Source of the DNA: Lophium mytilinum
Taxonomy: Eukaryota
DNA: 64,000 nucleotides
Assembly (NCBI GenBank): GCA_010093605.1
Contig: MU004182.1
Coordinates: 507,502 to 571,501 of the forward strand
Reading direction: 5' to 3'
Shown: in pieces, positions 12,082 through 24,140 of the stretch
How positions within the stretch are numbered: position 1 is the stretch's first letter
Layout: the number at the start of each line of letters is the position of its first letter
Position numbers and translations under genes: made by a program
The notes under the pieces: generated by a model
Told to the model about the DNA's origin: nothing
The model's database searches: none
Seen by the model: the letters and a program-made list of their open reading frames with translations, nothing else

Positions 12082-13196
12082 TCAATTGCGAGCCTGTCGG
12101 AAATCGTCACCACGGTCGTCGTAGGACCTGCCCCCGCCGCCGTAGGCATCGCGACCTTCCTTGTGAGGAGGATCACCGTAAGGTGCTCCGCCAGCGCCTC
12201 CAGGAGGGGGGCCTCCAGCGCGATCGTAGTATCCTCCTCCTCCGCCGCCGCCACCACCTCCACCACGGCGCTCGTCACCGCGGCCACCGTACCGGTCGTC
12301 GCGAGAGGAGGCATAGCGGTCTACGCCACGAGAGCCATAGTCATCGCGATCACGACGCCCCCCGCCGCCATACCCACGGTCGTCGCGGTCTCCGTAGCGA
12401 GAGCCTCGATAGCCCCCGCCATAGTCGTCACGTCGGCCATATCCACCGCGTCGGTCGCTGTCATAACGATCGTTGAATCGACCGCCTCCTCCGCCTCCAC
12501 GGCCTCCCCTGAAGTCCTCTTCTGGTCTGTTAGCTTACATGAGAGAATTGGGCGGAGCGAACTCACCGCGTTTAGGCGGACCGAAGTACTTGCCCGGAGT
12601 CGGCGTTCGTGGGCGGGCGCGACGGGCCTTCTCGATGCTGAGAGTCCTGCCCTGGTGAACCTCGCCTTGAAGACCCTCCTTGGCGGCATCCGCTTGGTCG
12701 GAAGTCACCATCTTGACGAAGCCGAAGCCGCGAGATTCCCTAGTGTGAGGATCACGCATGATGTTGCACTTCTCGACGTCGCCGAACTTCTCGAACAGGG
12801 TCGTCACATCAGCCTCGGTGAGACTTGGATGGATGCCGGTGACGAAGAGGTTCGAGCCAGGATTCCGGGAGTTGTCGTCCTCGCCCTGCTGACGAGGCTC
12901 CGGAGGGGGGCCGCTATGCAATCTTAGCAATTGATGCGCTGTTTGAGAGGCGCCTGTTGAACTTACCGACTGTCCATACGGTCGCGATCGTTCGGAGAGG
13001 CACTACGAGCCCGCCCGCCGTCATCATCGCGACGGTCGGCGCGTGGTGAGCGGCTCCTGTCACGGTCGTAGCCACGAGGCTCGTCTGCGAGTTGGTGTTG
13101 GTGAGGCTGGCTAGAAAACGCGGAAAACGATGTCGCATGAGTGAGAGGTTGCATACCGTCGTAGCGTGGCTCAGTCTCGTACTCCATGGTGGACAT
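12082..13196 (-). CDS. RRM-containing Tra2/SR-like RNA-binding splicing factor
   Basis: Four exons. RRM with RNP2 NLFVTGI and RNP1 RGFGFVKM, followed by RARPRTPTPGKY (Tra2-type). N-terminal RDRSRSP and a Gly/Arg/Asp/Tyr-rich tail ending DFRQARN* (TGA at 12082-12084). Confidence 0.88.
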
Positions 13197-13896
13197 AGTT
13201 GGGGTGATGTTTGCCGTGAAGTTTGTTTTGACCAGCAAAGTCTAAGCGCGACAGCTAGGGTGTGAGCGACAGCTGGTAGTGCAGTCGCTGATAAAGGTGC
13301 TGCTCGTGATCAACGGCAATAAGGAGTGACAGAGATTGTTCGGTGTATGCGGAGAGAGAAGTGAGGTGGTGGAGGATGGAAGGGCGACGAGGTTGAGTTG
13401 AGAAGCAACCTTGGAAGACGCCAGAAGTGGAATAGGCGAGAGCGAGCTGAGGCCGCCAGCCCTGCATTAAACGCTCGGCGGCTGCTTTCCACTTCCCCGA
13501 GTGCGCTAGACAACCGCTCCTAGCTTCGATCAAGGCTGATGCTGAGCTCGCTGTAAGAATCTCGAAGATGACCTTAATACATTACGTTATTTCACTTGGG
13601 CAGCGGCAACTTCTAGCTTTTTTGAAATAAAGTGAGGCGTCCAAAACATTGGCGCTAGCTAAATGCAGCCAACATCATCACAATACTAGATATCAGAATG
13701 AACCGGATACGATTGATATCGGCTTGCGTCTGGAGATGCCCCCATTAGTCTTTGATACTTCACATACAAGCCGTGTTGCACCAAGCAAAACAACAAGACA
13801 GCCACAGCCCAGGACCTATCCATAACACCACCAGAACCCTTGGTTCCATGAAACGCCAGCCAGCAGACAGCCGCCATGCGCCTCCCACCCGCAAAA

Positions 13897-16800
13897 TTAC
13901 CTATATCCCCTCCACCTGTTGTTCTTCTTCTTCTTTGCCGACTTTTGAACCGCCTCGGGCACGGTCTCGTCGACTGGTATCTGCTCGTCCGGATCTGCGA
14001 GCTCGTCCAGCTCCGCATCGCCAAGCTCGCTCAATTCCACGCTCATGTCACGGAGAACGTCACGGCCTGTCCAACGCTCCTCGTAGATCGTCATTCCATT
14101 AGGGTCGAATGCCTCCATATACCAAGGAACGCCGCCATGGGAGCGCTGTGCAAGCAACTCCCTCTCGGAACGTGGAGGCGTCAACGGTTCAGGATTCAGG
14201 GTCGACGGGTTGGTGCTGCCAGAATGCGAGAGCGCTGGGGCATCCCCACCGGAACTATTGCCAGCGACGTGCTCCAGCTGCGCGTCTGTGTTTGCCACGT
14301 TGAGGGCCTCCCCCTCAACCTGCAGACGGATGGCCTCGTCGTCCGCGTCTTCGTCTGCCATGGCGTCAACATCATCAGCGTCTGCGTCAGGAGTGTGAGC
14401 GTGGCCGTTGATGCAGTTGACCATGACGGTATCTTCATCCGCGTTCGTGCTCTCATTACCCCGGACCTCCACTTCGTTGATGCGATTTGCTACATGATAC
14501 GCCGCTGCCTCGACATTAGACGCAGCAAGCACTTGTTGGCGGTGAAGGGATTGATCCAGGAGGACTTCGAGATTGGGCAGGTCTTTCTCGAATGGTTTGC
14601 CTACTAAATGGGATTCTTTCATGGCTGCGTCGTCCAATGGTCCTTGAATGGCTTTGATGATTCGCTTAGCGAGCTTCTTCAGCTCTTTCTGTTCCGGAGT
14701 GAGAGAATTGTGCGAAACTCCATTGAGTTGATCGTGCGCATTCTTGGGGTCTGTGATTGCGGCAAATCCAATCACGGAGCTAAGGACGGCCAGTATATCG
14801 TCTGTGAAGTTTGATGCCGACGTGTAGAACCGCTCTTCCAGTTTAGTTTGGATAGAATGGAACCCTTCATAGAAGACGTTCTTAGGGTCAAGACTGTTTC
14901 ATTGTCAGTTGAGCTCCTCAGCTTGGGGAAAGGTTTACTGACGCTTGTGCCTTCTCAAGAATTGGCCAGAGAAGTACAGGTATGGGCAAGTAGATGATGT
15001 CCACAAATGCCTTTAGCAACTGTGCGTCGGCCAATTTCATGGCCTCTCGTTCCTTGACTTTATTGCAGAGAACGCGGATCTGTTCTGTGTCATCTTCTAG
15101 GCTCTCTGCAAACTCGATGCGTCGCTGCAACCTTGGTCGACCAGCAGCGCCCATACCAGCAAAATTACGACGGGTAATCTCCATAGACGAAAACGCTTCC
15201 ATCTGGAGTTGCAGTCGCTTCAGCAGGGCAGCGCCGCGTCGAGCCTCCCGCTTGAGAGTCCAGTACTTGCAAGCCTCGGCAACGTACTCCTTTCGTCTCC
15301 GAATGCTGAATCTGATGAGTGAGTTCTCGACGTTATGATATACTGCCTGAGGTACGACGGGAGCGCCAGATGGAAGTCGCCATGACTTCGTCGACTGGCC
15401 TCGCTTCCGCTTATTCCCTACTGCGCCATCGTCCGCGAAGTCGTCACCGCCTTCGACTGAAGGAACTGGCTGCGATGTGCCAATCTGTAGCGCGATCATC
15501 TGGCTATCGCCCCAGCGCGCATGCCTCATCGTGTGGCGATAGAACGCTTTTGCGTCGGCCGTCGCCCGCTCCACGTCGTTCTCTCTGCGCCACTCTGGAG
15601 GGCAGTGTTTGTCGCAAAATGCCTTGAGAACGCTGGCATCTGTGGTACCGGAAGAACCCGAGGATTTCATCTTCAAAAACAGTCTGGCCCTCCTAGCGCA
15701 AGTAACATGGAAAGCTTCGTAGCATGATTTATTTCCGCATTGGACGCAAGCGCCCATCTTTTGCTTGCATATATAGCAAGACTAACATCATAATTAGTTA
15801 AGATCAAATCATGTTTGGATTTGGAGGCGCTTACCAGCTTCCATCTACTCCTAGGAACTTTTTCAACATCCTGAACGGGCTCCATAAAGGTTGTGTTGCC
15901 TAGTGATACTTCCGGAATCCAGATTGCGCAGAGTAGATGTGACCATTTCATAGACGTTGTTTGCTTGAATGCGCCTTCAATGTTAGGACAGAATATGCAA
16001 CCCTTGGGGGTGGTTAGCTCAACAACTGTATAATAAACGGACAAAACACTTACAGGGTGCTCGGAAACAGGTGTCCCACGGCCCACCAACTGACATCTCC
16101 GGCAAAGCCACTGACCCTCTGGGATGAAAGGCACTCCGTAGCATTCTTGGTGAACTGCAAGATCACATCCATCACAAAATACAATGGCATTCGTATTCTC
16201 GCAGTCTCCATCATCACATATGGCGCATTTTGTATCCTGTTCCTCTCCCTGACCGGCGGGTTCTCCGTTGACCGCAGCTGCGGAGCTTGAGCGTGGACGG
16301 TGGGTTTGGGGAGGCTTCGGATTGGGTTTGGGGATTCCTATGGAGCCAGTTAGCTGGTGTGCTTTAGTGCGTTTCTAAAGTCAACATACGTTTTTCTAGC
16401 GCATGCCATTCCTTTTCAATTTGGGTGATCGTAATCTCGAAGATGGCAGGTTTGATTGGCTCTACAGCCTCTTCTTTCCTCTGCACATTGTATCCGTCCA
16501 ACCAGCGATCATCCTGTTCGTCCATGTCGTACTCAACTCGACTGACTGGTAGGTAGCCTGCTGAAGCATCACCATCACTCTTTACGGCCAGATCTAGATC
16601 TTCCTCGATCGATCCCTCTGCTACTCGAATGCAGTGTTTTTCAGACCGGAAGAAGATGTCGCTCTCTTGGTACCCGGCTGATGCCATAGCACGGTCTACG
16701 TAGTTCACTTGTACGGATTGGTCTTGTTCGTACAATGCGAAAGGGTCTACTTGCCGATATGACGGCTTCTGCAGATTTAGCCTCTCCTTTGGGTCGCGAG

Positions 16801-17617
16801 TCGGTGCTGGCGTGATTCTCGGTACGGGGGGAGACCCGAGTCCATAAAGCATGGCGTCTGTTCGCCGCGGCGGCCTTCCGACTCTCCGCTTTGCGGGGGT
16901 GACTAAACTCCCGTTAAAGCTTGCAACGTTGATATTGACGTTGACAGTGACAGTATCGCCGTCTAAAGTTGGGAAAGAAGGGGATTCTGGAGCCATGGAA
17001 AGTATGTCTTGATGCGCGCGTACTGCTTCATCGAGCAGTGCTGACGCACCATTCTCTACGGCATATTGGCCCAATCCATTGGTTGGTGTCGAAGTTTTTG
17101 TTTCTGGGGGACTTATGCCATCCACGTCATCGGCACTAAAAATCATAAAGTCGGACTCGGGGTCCAGATCTGGATGGAATTCATCCCAAGTGCGTTCTTC
17201 TCGGGGCTTGAACCCCTCGCCTTGTGCAACAGCGGCAGCAGATGCTGTGGCTGACGTCGATCGTGGTCCTTGGCCCGCTGGTGGTCTTGGGGCTCTGTCC
17301 CGACGAGGGCGCACGTTTGTAGGTGTTGCGCTCGGCGAAGTAGCTGTCGGCATGACGATGCCTCTCTCGCGGTTCCGCTGACCTACAGCGCCACGCGGCC
17401 CGGTATAGAGAAACCCGCCGGGGCCAGTCCCGCCCACAGGCGTCTCGTGTCCAGTTGTCTCGTCGACGTACCGCCCTCCGCCTCCAGGTCCTCCGGGGAT
17501 GTACTTGAGCTTCTTGCCGGAGGCAGAGTCTGGGGCGTGGGACCGCCGACTGGTCGGGCGGGTGGAGCTGCGGATGCGCTTTCGTGGAGAGGCTTCGATG
17601 GGGGACATGGGTGCCAT
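13897..17617 (-). CDS. NTO1: NuA3 histone acetyltransferase complex subunit Nto1 (EPC-N, PHD, extended PHD; BRPF-like)
   Basis: EPC motif VEYDMDEQDDRWL; PHD CAICDDGDCENTNAIVFCDGCDLAVHQECYGVPFIPEGQWLCRRC; ePHD CIFCPNIEGAFKQT...HLLCAIWIPEV...CVQC...FHVTCA; YWTLKREARRGAALLKRL. Exons are joined by canonical introns. Confidence 0.92.
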
Positions 17618-18278
17618 GGGGTCTGGCGCGCAAAGGTGTTCAAAATCGGGACTTAGCGAGGGGGAGCGGGTTATACGCGGTTTCGAAGTGGTGGCCTATA
17701 TTCTTCGTGTGCTTTCCTGATCTTTCTAACGGCGATGACCAGGCTGCCGGCGAGTAGGAAGAGTTTGACGTATGTGAGCCAGTCTTCGTGGACGTGATTC
17801 GTGAATTGGTAACCAGTGTTAGGCAGGAAGAGTCTCGAGGTCCAGGGCTGGAGCTACCGCATGCGCAAGCGCGTGGGAGATGTTGAGTCGCAGGGGCGCA
17901 TTAGTGAGGGCGCAGAGACAGCAGGTGATGCGCCAGGCCGGTCTCGTGGATGGTGAATTGGGCGACGTGACAACGCGATCCGGTGCAGTGAGGTTGGACG
18001 TTGCCGCTTCCTGACTAATCTCGCCCGAAGTTCCCCTGCGTTAAAACCGCGGGCCGCCGTCGTCACTGCGTCTTCACCACCACCATGGGAACTGTGCTAT
18101 AGACATTTCATTCACTTTATTCATATATATTCCATTACGTGTAGACCGACGTAAGATGTAGCTGGAAGACGCAGATTTAGTCATTCACTATCACACCTTC
18201 CTTCCGATCTACGAATAGAGATTACGCCTCAGGCTTACATTTCGCCATTTTGGCTTCACGGCCCAAGTTCTTCAAGAC

Positions 18279-19291
18279 ATGACCGACGCTGAACTCATTT
18301 ACCTTGCGAAAGCAGTGTCAAGAGTCCTCGGCTGGGTATACTTTCTATGCTGGTAAAGCCGAAACTGTAGACCTCGGACAACTTTTCGAGCAACTAATCC
18401 CCAACAGGTCTCTCTCATTCTACCCTCAGCCTCTTCTGAATTGGAAACGGAAGTCTACGCAAGGACTAGCCATCGATTTTCCCACGAGCAACGTCCTCGG
18501 TTTCTTTGCCTACACCGTGTCCACTGCGGCCTTCCTCTATTCGCCCACCATACGGTCGCAATATGCGCAGAGACATCCTGCGGCGCCTGAGCCGACAGTC
18601 AGATTCAACGACTTCCTCTTCGCTCTCCACGGCTGCTTACTGTGCATCGTGACCTACAGCCAGTTCTGGCCGCGCATCTGGGGATTCAAGGTCGGCGCAA
18701 GGCAGAAGGCCAGTCGGCCGATACTAGGAATATTCTGGGGCAGCATACTCGGCGTTTTGATTACTATCTTAGTCGTAGCGATCAAAGGAAAAGATAATGG
18801 AAATGATTCCAGTGGGTGGGCGTGGATAGAAGTGGTATGTTTGCCAGCGTCGCGAGTGGACCCCGAAAACAATGGCTGACAGCACATAGATCTACGCTAT
18901 TAGCTATGTCAAGCTTGTGGTGACCGTTGTAAAGTATATGCCACAGGTAGGTCAATGCCGCGAGGATCTGCACGTCAGTATTGATTTGGCTTAGGTGTAT
19001 GTAAACTACAAACGCAAGTCCACGGTTGGCTGGAGCATCGGCCAAATTCTCCTGGACTTTTCCGGCGGAATATTCTCCATGGCGCAGCTCATGATCGACT
19101 CGTCGCTCCAGGCGGATTGGAGCGGGCTGACAGGCAACCCGGTGAAGCTGGGCCTGAGCAACGTGAGCATCTTTTTCGACATCATCTTCATCACGCAGCA
19201 CTACATACTGTATCGTGCGCCGAAGACGGCCATCGAGGACGACGAAGAATGGCAGGAGCAGCAAGGCCTCTTGGCTCAGTCTCATAGTTGA
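18279..19291 (+). CDS. Cystinosin/ERS1-family PQ-loop lysosomal/vacuolar cystine transporter
   Basis: [33 protein letters not shown] and a second PQ loop [45 protein letters not shown]. Three introns. Confidence 0.9.
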
Positions 19292-20716
19292 AGCATAGAA
19301 GGGCCGGCGTCTCGCAACGGCTACCAGTATCTAAACACATTACCACATAGTATCACACTGCCTTGAGTCAGCACACCCTCGAGGAGCATGTGAGACATGG
19401 GGCCTTGCATGGCGGCAGAGGTGATAATCCACGACTGATGCATCATATAACGGCAAGACGGATGCGCCAATTTTGAGGGCTCATATGCATCCCCAAAGTA
19501 GGCACCCGACAGACGTGTCACAATCAGGCAATCTCGCCCTCGACACTGGTAGACGGGACGGCAGCCCACGTTGTCGTAATAGCGAGCGGCCTATAGCGCA
19601 GTGCAACCTTGCGAATAGCAGAATGTAACGTGCCTAAGGTGCCACTAGCACCCCGCCCAGACATTAAATCGAGGACGTCCCCAGCCCTCAACGATAGTGC
19701 AGCTTGATCGACGTGGAGACCCACAGCCGATGCCGTAAATATTTCAAATGCTTAGCCCAGAACCGGCAGAGTTTCCCGACACAGCATCAGCCGGTCCAAA
19801 CGTCAAGACGGCACGGGTGGGAAGTTCGTGATGTGCAGTTGTCGTGGTGATCTCCGCAAGCGTCGCAATTGGCATGCGGTGATCCCCCCTGGACCAGCCT
19901 TCTGATCAGCCCCAGGATGACACGGACTGGCGGACCCACGTTTCTGTTGACGACGCGGCGGGGGCTGGGGGCTGGGAAGGGGGAACTGCTCTCACTCTCA
20001 GCCGCCATATCCTGAGACGGAATCTCTAGCTTCCATCCATCCACCAGAGTTCACTCGTCGACGCAGGAGCAACGACAGACACTTGGCTCCCATCATCCCA
20101 TATCCCCCAACCGTTTGGCCCCTTTTCGGCCTGCAACGGCGCCGTTCTGAGCCGCGGAAGCGGACCAGATATTGGCTGGGAGCGGCCTGCGAGCACCGAC
20201 GACGTGGTAGTGCCGTCCTTCCTTTCTCCCGACCACTCACCACGCACACATCACCGCCGAGAAGTCGGATCTACCCGCCAGCGGAGCCTTCTCCACTTGA
20301 CAGCATCGTCCATTGGGTCGGGCCACCTATTCGGTCAGGCAGAGCAGATCTGGCGCATCCACGGAGCCCTTGAGATCGTGAGCCGTGAGCCCAAATCCGC
20401 GGGCACCCACCCACACGAATTCGCCGACCCTGATCTTCTCTTGGCTGCCAATCGCAACGCCACGGCCAACGCAGAGGCGCGTCCGTCCCAGGGTTCCGCC
20501 AAGTGAGGGAGCAGTTGGCAGTTGGCGCTATGTCGGTACGTCTCAGCTCCCCTTCGTTATACCTTGCTCGATCCCAGGTCTGCGTTTTCGTCCCTTAATC
20601 CCGGCCCAACCATGTCTGCCCTGCATCGCAAGAGTTTCTTTTAGAGGCGCTCAACTCACAGCTTTTTCTCTGCCCCGCAGCTTCCTAGAGCGTCATCTCC
20701 ACACTCCATCATCACG

Positions 20717-23231
20717 ATGGCCGGCATGCTCGGCGATCACGAAGATCGAGGGCCCGTGAGCCCTGGCACTATTGCTTCTGGGACCGCAGACCAGATTGAG
20801 CACGCTATTGACGACGGCGCTGCCGGCGAACCACTCGTTCAGGACCCTCAAGAACTTTTCCAAGGGCCAAATGTGTCCGCACCTCGTACGCCGGTCAATA
20901 AACCGGTCCCTAAGCCTTCACCCCTTGGTAGCCACCCTGTCATATCATCAGATGAAGAGACGGCCCCAGCGCCTCCAGATTTTACGATGCGTGGTATTCA
21001 TATACCAACCCGCACCAGGTGCATATTCCTCACCCTCCCTTCATTCTAATCTACTAATACATCAATCCGACTACAGCAGCAAAACAAAGATAAAGCAGCG
21101 CCGCGTGCGATCTTCCAGTCGAGAGCCCAGAATGTCCAACTCCGTCCCCACTACCCCAGAGTCACGTGAGCGAAGCTCAACGGAATCCATCATGTCTTAT
21201 GCAACCTCAGCTTCTTCGATAATGCTACCGCCACTTCAGACGAGAGGCCCGCCGGACGACGTTGACCGACTCACGCCTCTATACGAGGATGACCCCCAAT
21301 CATTCGACCTACTGGAGGAGCCAAGTGACGACGGTGCAAAAGCTTTCTCAATGGAAACAAGGTCCGAGCAGATGTTCTCGCGAGCACATCTACAGGCTAT
21401 CTTCAAAGACACTTCTCTGCTACTCAATTTCACAAACTTCCTCAGCACCAGCCGGCCTGCTTCTCTCCCAATTCTCATCTACTATTTGGATGCTCTCAAA
21501 GCAACGCGCGCAATCAATTACGCCAATGCTATAGCGGAAGCTCTCGAACCACTGGACGGTCTAGATTTCACCAAACATCCAGCTAGGCCAACCGTCAACT
21601 CGGTACTAGAAGAAAAAGCCAAGGCAGCCTTTGATGTCCTAGTCCGCGAGGATCTCCCTTGTTTCATAGCCCACACCTGGATTCAGACAGTCAGTGTGAG
21701 CATCCGGAAGCGAATCACAGGAAACTTGCCTCCAGCGTTACGAGAGGCATCAGAAGGACTGGCGGAGGTTTTCTGCCTCTCAGATCCGTCAAGACCAGAT
21801 AATCCTATAGTGTTCGCGTCAGAAGGTAATCTCTTCTTGCTACCTGTACGGCCGAACGTCAGCTAAACCGACGCGGCAGAATTTCATCGAACTACGCAAT
21901 ATGGAGTCAGTTACGCAATTGGCCGAAATTGTCGATTCCTTCAAGGTCCGAAGACGAACCGCTCTAGCGCTACGCGCATACGTAAAGCGATTGAAGCTGG
22001 AAAGGAAGTCAACGAAGTGTTCCTCAACTAGTAGGTTGCTGTACCAGATCCCACTAGGCTTTGCTAACCTCCGCAGCCGTCGGGATGGCTCCCCATTCAT
22101 GAATCTTCTGATGTGTGCCCCGCTCTTTGATAGTCGCGGGAAACTTCGCTACTTCATCGGGGCGCAAGTTGACGTGAGCGGTCTTGTCAAAGACTGCACT
22201 GATCTGGAAGCGCTACAGCGCATAGTCGACAAAGAAAATAACAGTGCAGACTCAGACATGCCCGAAGTAGCAAAAGACGAGTTCCAAGAACTCAGCGAAA
22301 TGTTCAATGTCGCCGAACTAGACACGGTGCGAAAGCACGGTGGAAGGATGCACCGAGAACACGTCGACGACGACGACCAGAGCTCAATCGCCCATCGCCC
22401 GCGGCTCCTGCTCCGAGACTCGGGCGGGATGGAGTCCACACCAGTGAGAATGCCGTCTTCGAAATCAGACGGACGATTATCTGGAGTGTATAAAAACGTA
22501 TGTCATCCTCTCACGTTCATATTAAAGCTAGAATTTACTAACCTCACAACTCACAGTACCTACTCATCCGCCCCGCCCCTTCGCTTCGCATTCTCTTCAC
22601 TTCTCCATCTCTCCGCGTCCCAGGCATTTTGCAATCACCCTTCCTCTCTCGCATCGGCGGCTCTCCGCGCGTCCGCGAATCTCTCGCTGTTGCACTCGCA
22701 GACGGTTCCCGCGGCGTCACTGCCAAGATCCGATGGCTGACGACTCCCACCACCAACTCATCCGAGACCTCCGACGAAGGCCGCAGCAGATGGATTCACT
22801 GCACGCCACTCCTCGGCGCCGGCGGTCGCGTGGGCGTATGGATGGTCGTGCTCGTCGACGACGAGAGCGAAAACGGGCGCGTGCGGAAATTCCGCGAGGC
22901 GCCGCCTGTAGCGAAAGAGATCAGGAGGCTGGGCGGTAGGAACGATTTCGAGAGCACCATGCCCAACGTTGATGGCTACAGCGATGAGTTGTTCGGCGAA
23001 GTCGCGAGTGTGGAAAGGGATGCACGGAGGAATGGGAGGGTCATCCCGGCTTCGCCTATCACGCCGACGAGGAACGGGTTTGCAGCGCAGATGCCGTTTG
23101 ATGGGGTTATGCGGCCGGGGAGCTCGAGGAGTGTGCAGCGCGCGGTGAGTCCCGGGTATGGGTCTGGGTGGGAGATGCGGACGAATATGGGAAGTGCCGA
23201 GGGTAGTATTGCGTCGTTTGCATTGACTTGA
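20717..23231 (+). CDS. RGS-LOV-type blue-light photoreceptor (RGS-like N domain + LOV + C-terminal domain)
   Basis: EGLAEVFCLSDPSRPDNPIVFASE | EFHRTTQYGVSYAIGRNCRFLQGPKT (GRNCRFLQG at 21921-21947, in a short exon absent from the ORF track) | RRDGSPFMNLLMCAPLFDSRGKLRYFIGAQVDVS. Upstream helical region FTNFL...YYLDALKA...AINYANAIAE and downstream WIHCTPLLG...GVWMVV block. The start codon is uncertain. Confidence 0.88.
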
Positions 23232-23568
23232 GAGAGGAGGGAAATATAAGAAACGCGTTAGGCAACATATTGGATGACGCGGATTGGGATGGTACGATTG
23301 GGAGGAGGCACTCTGCTGGCGGCTATATACCCACGGCTGGGAGGGCGTACATTTGGTTTTTTGAGCATCTGAAACATCATCTATTGCTTGTTTGGGTCTA
23401 TATAAATCTAGAGAGCTATTTGAATATCATACCTTTGTACACATATTCACTCGCTTCAGAGCTCTCAACTAGCATCTCCGCCCCCACCCTGCTGCCTAGC
23501 TCCTCTACCCCTCACCTACCTCGAAGTCCCACACCTAACAAACTGTATTATTTCCCAACGAGCGGTAA

Positions 23569-23644
23569 TCCGGTGTGGTTTAGTTGGTTATAATTCGAGG
23601 TACCTTTCATCCCCGAGACCCTGGTTCGATCCCAGGCGCCGGAC
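23569..23644 (+). tRNA. tRNA-like gene copy 1 (Glu/Asp-type body, 10-nt anticodon loop containing CT-TTC-AT)
   Basis: Acceptor stem TCCGGTG/CGCCGGA, A box TGGTTTAGTTGG, T arm CCTGG-TTCGATC-CCAGG, 4-nt variable loop AGAC. Anticodon stem CGAGG/CCCCG (1 mismatch) encloses TACCTTTCAT. T5 terminator at 23683-23687. Confidence 0.7.
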
Positions 23645-23831
23645 GCTTGACGTATACCTTTGCTGTTTGGTGTCCCCGTTTCTTTTTGAACGGTACCTAG
23701 AACTAGAAGGGTAAGCCCCACAGAGTTCTCTTCGTGACGTGTCCTAGGCCGCTTGGACGGAAAGTATTGGCTGGACGCTACGTAGGCAGCCTTGTACGCT
23801 TTTATTTTGCGGGTGGTGAATACCTTTCCAA

Positions 23832-23907
23832 TCCGGTGTGGTTTAGTTGGTTATAATTCTAGGCTTTTTGCTACCTCGAGACCCTGGTTCGATCCCAGGC
23901 GCCGGAC
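23832..23907 (+). tRNA. tRNA-like gene copy 2 (non-canonical 10-nt anticodon loop; possibly pseudo)
   Basis: Acceptor, D and T arms are identical to copy 1. Anticodon arm is CTAGG-CTTTTTGCTA-CCTCG, which contains an internal T5 run. Confidence 0.65.
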
Positions 23908-24140
23908 GCATTGCGTGTACCTTTGCTGTTCCGTGTCGTCTACAGCCCCTATTTCTTTTGACCTACATAGGTAATAGGTAGAGGATAGGGTGGGGCAATT
24001 CCACCTGACTTGGCTGTGGGGTGGGCCGCCCCACACTGTTCCCCATTCGTGTCACGTTCAGCCCCAAACAAGATACCCCCAAAGCTAAGCCTACATAGCC
24101 ATGTACGTTTTTAATTTTCAGGGATAGCGAATTCTTTTCA

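Noticed and set aside
12163..12927. 254-aa plus-strand ORF and other overlapping ORFs
   Set aside because: Antisense or alternative frames of the GC-rich Tra2-like gene; no motifs.
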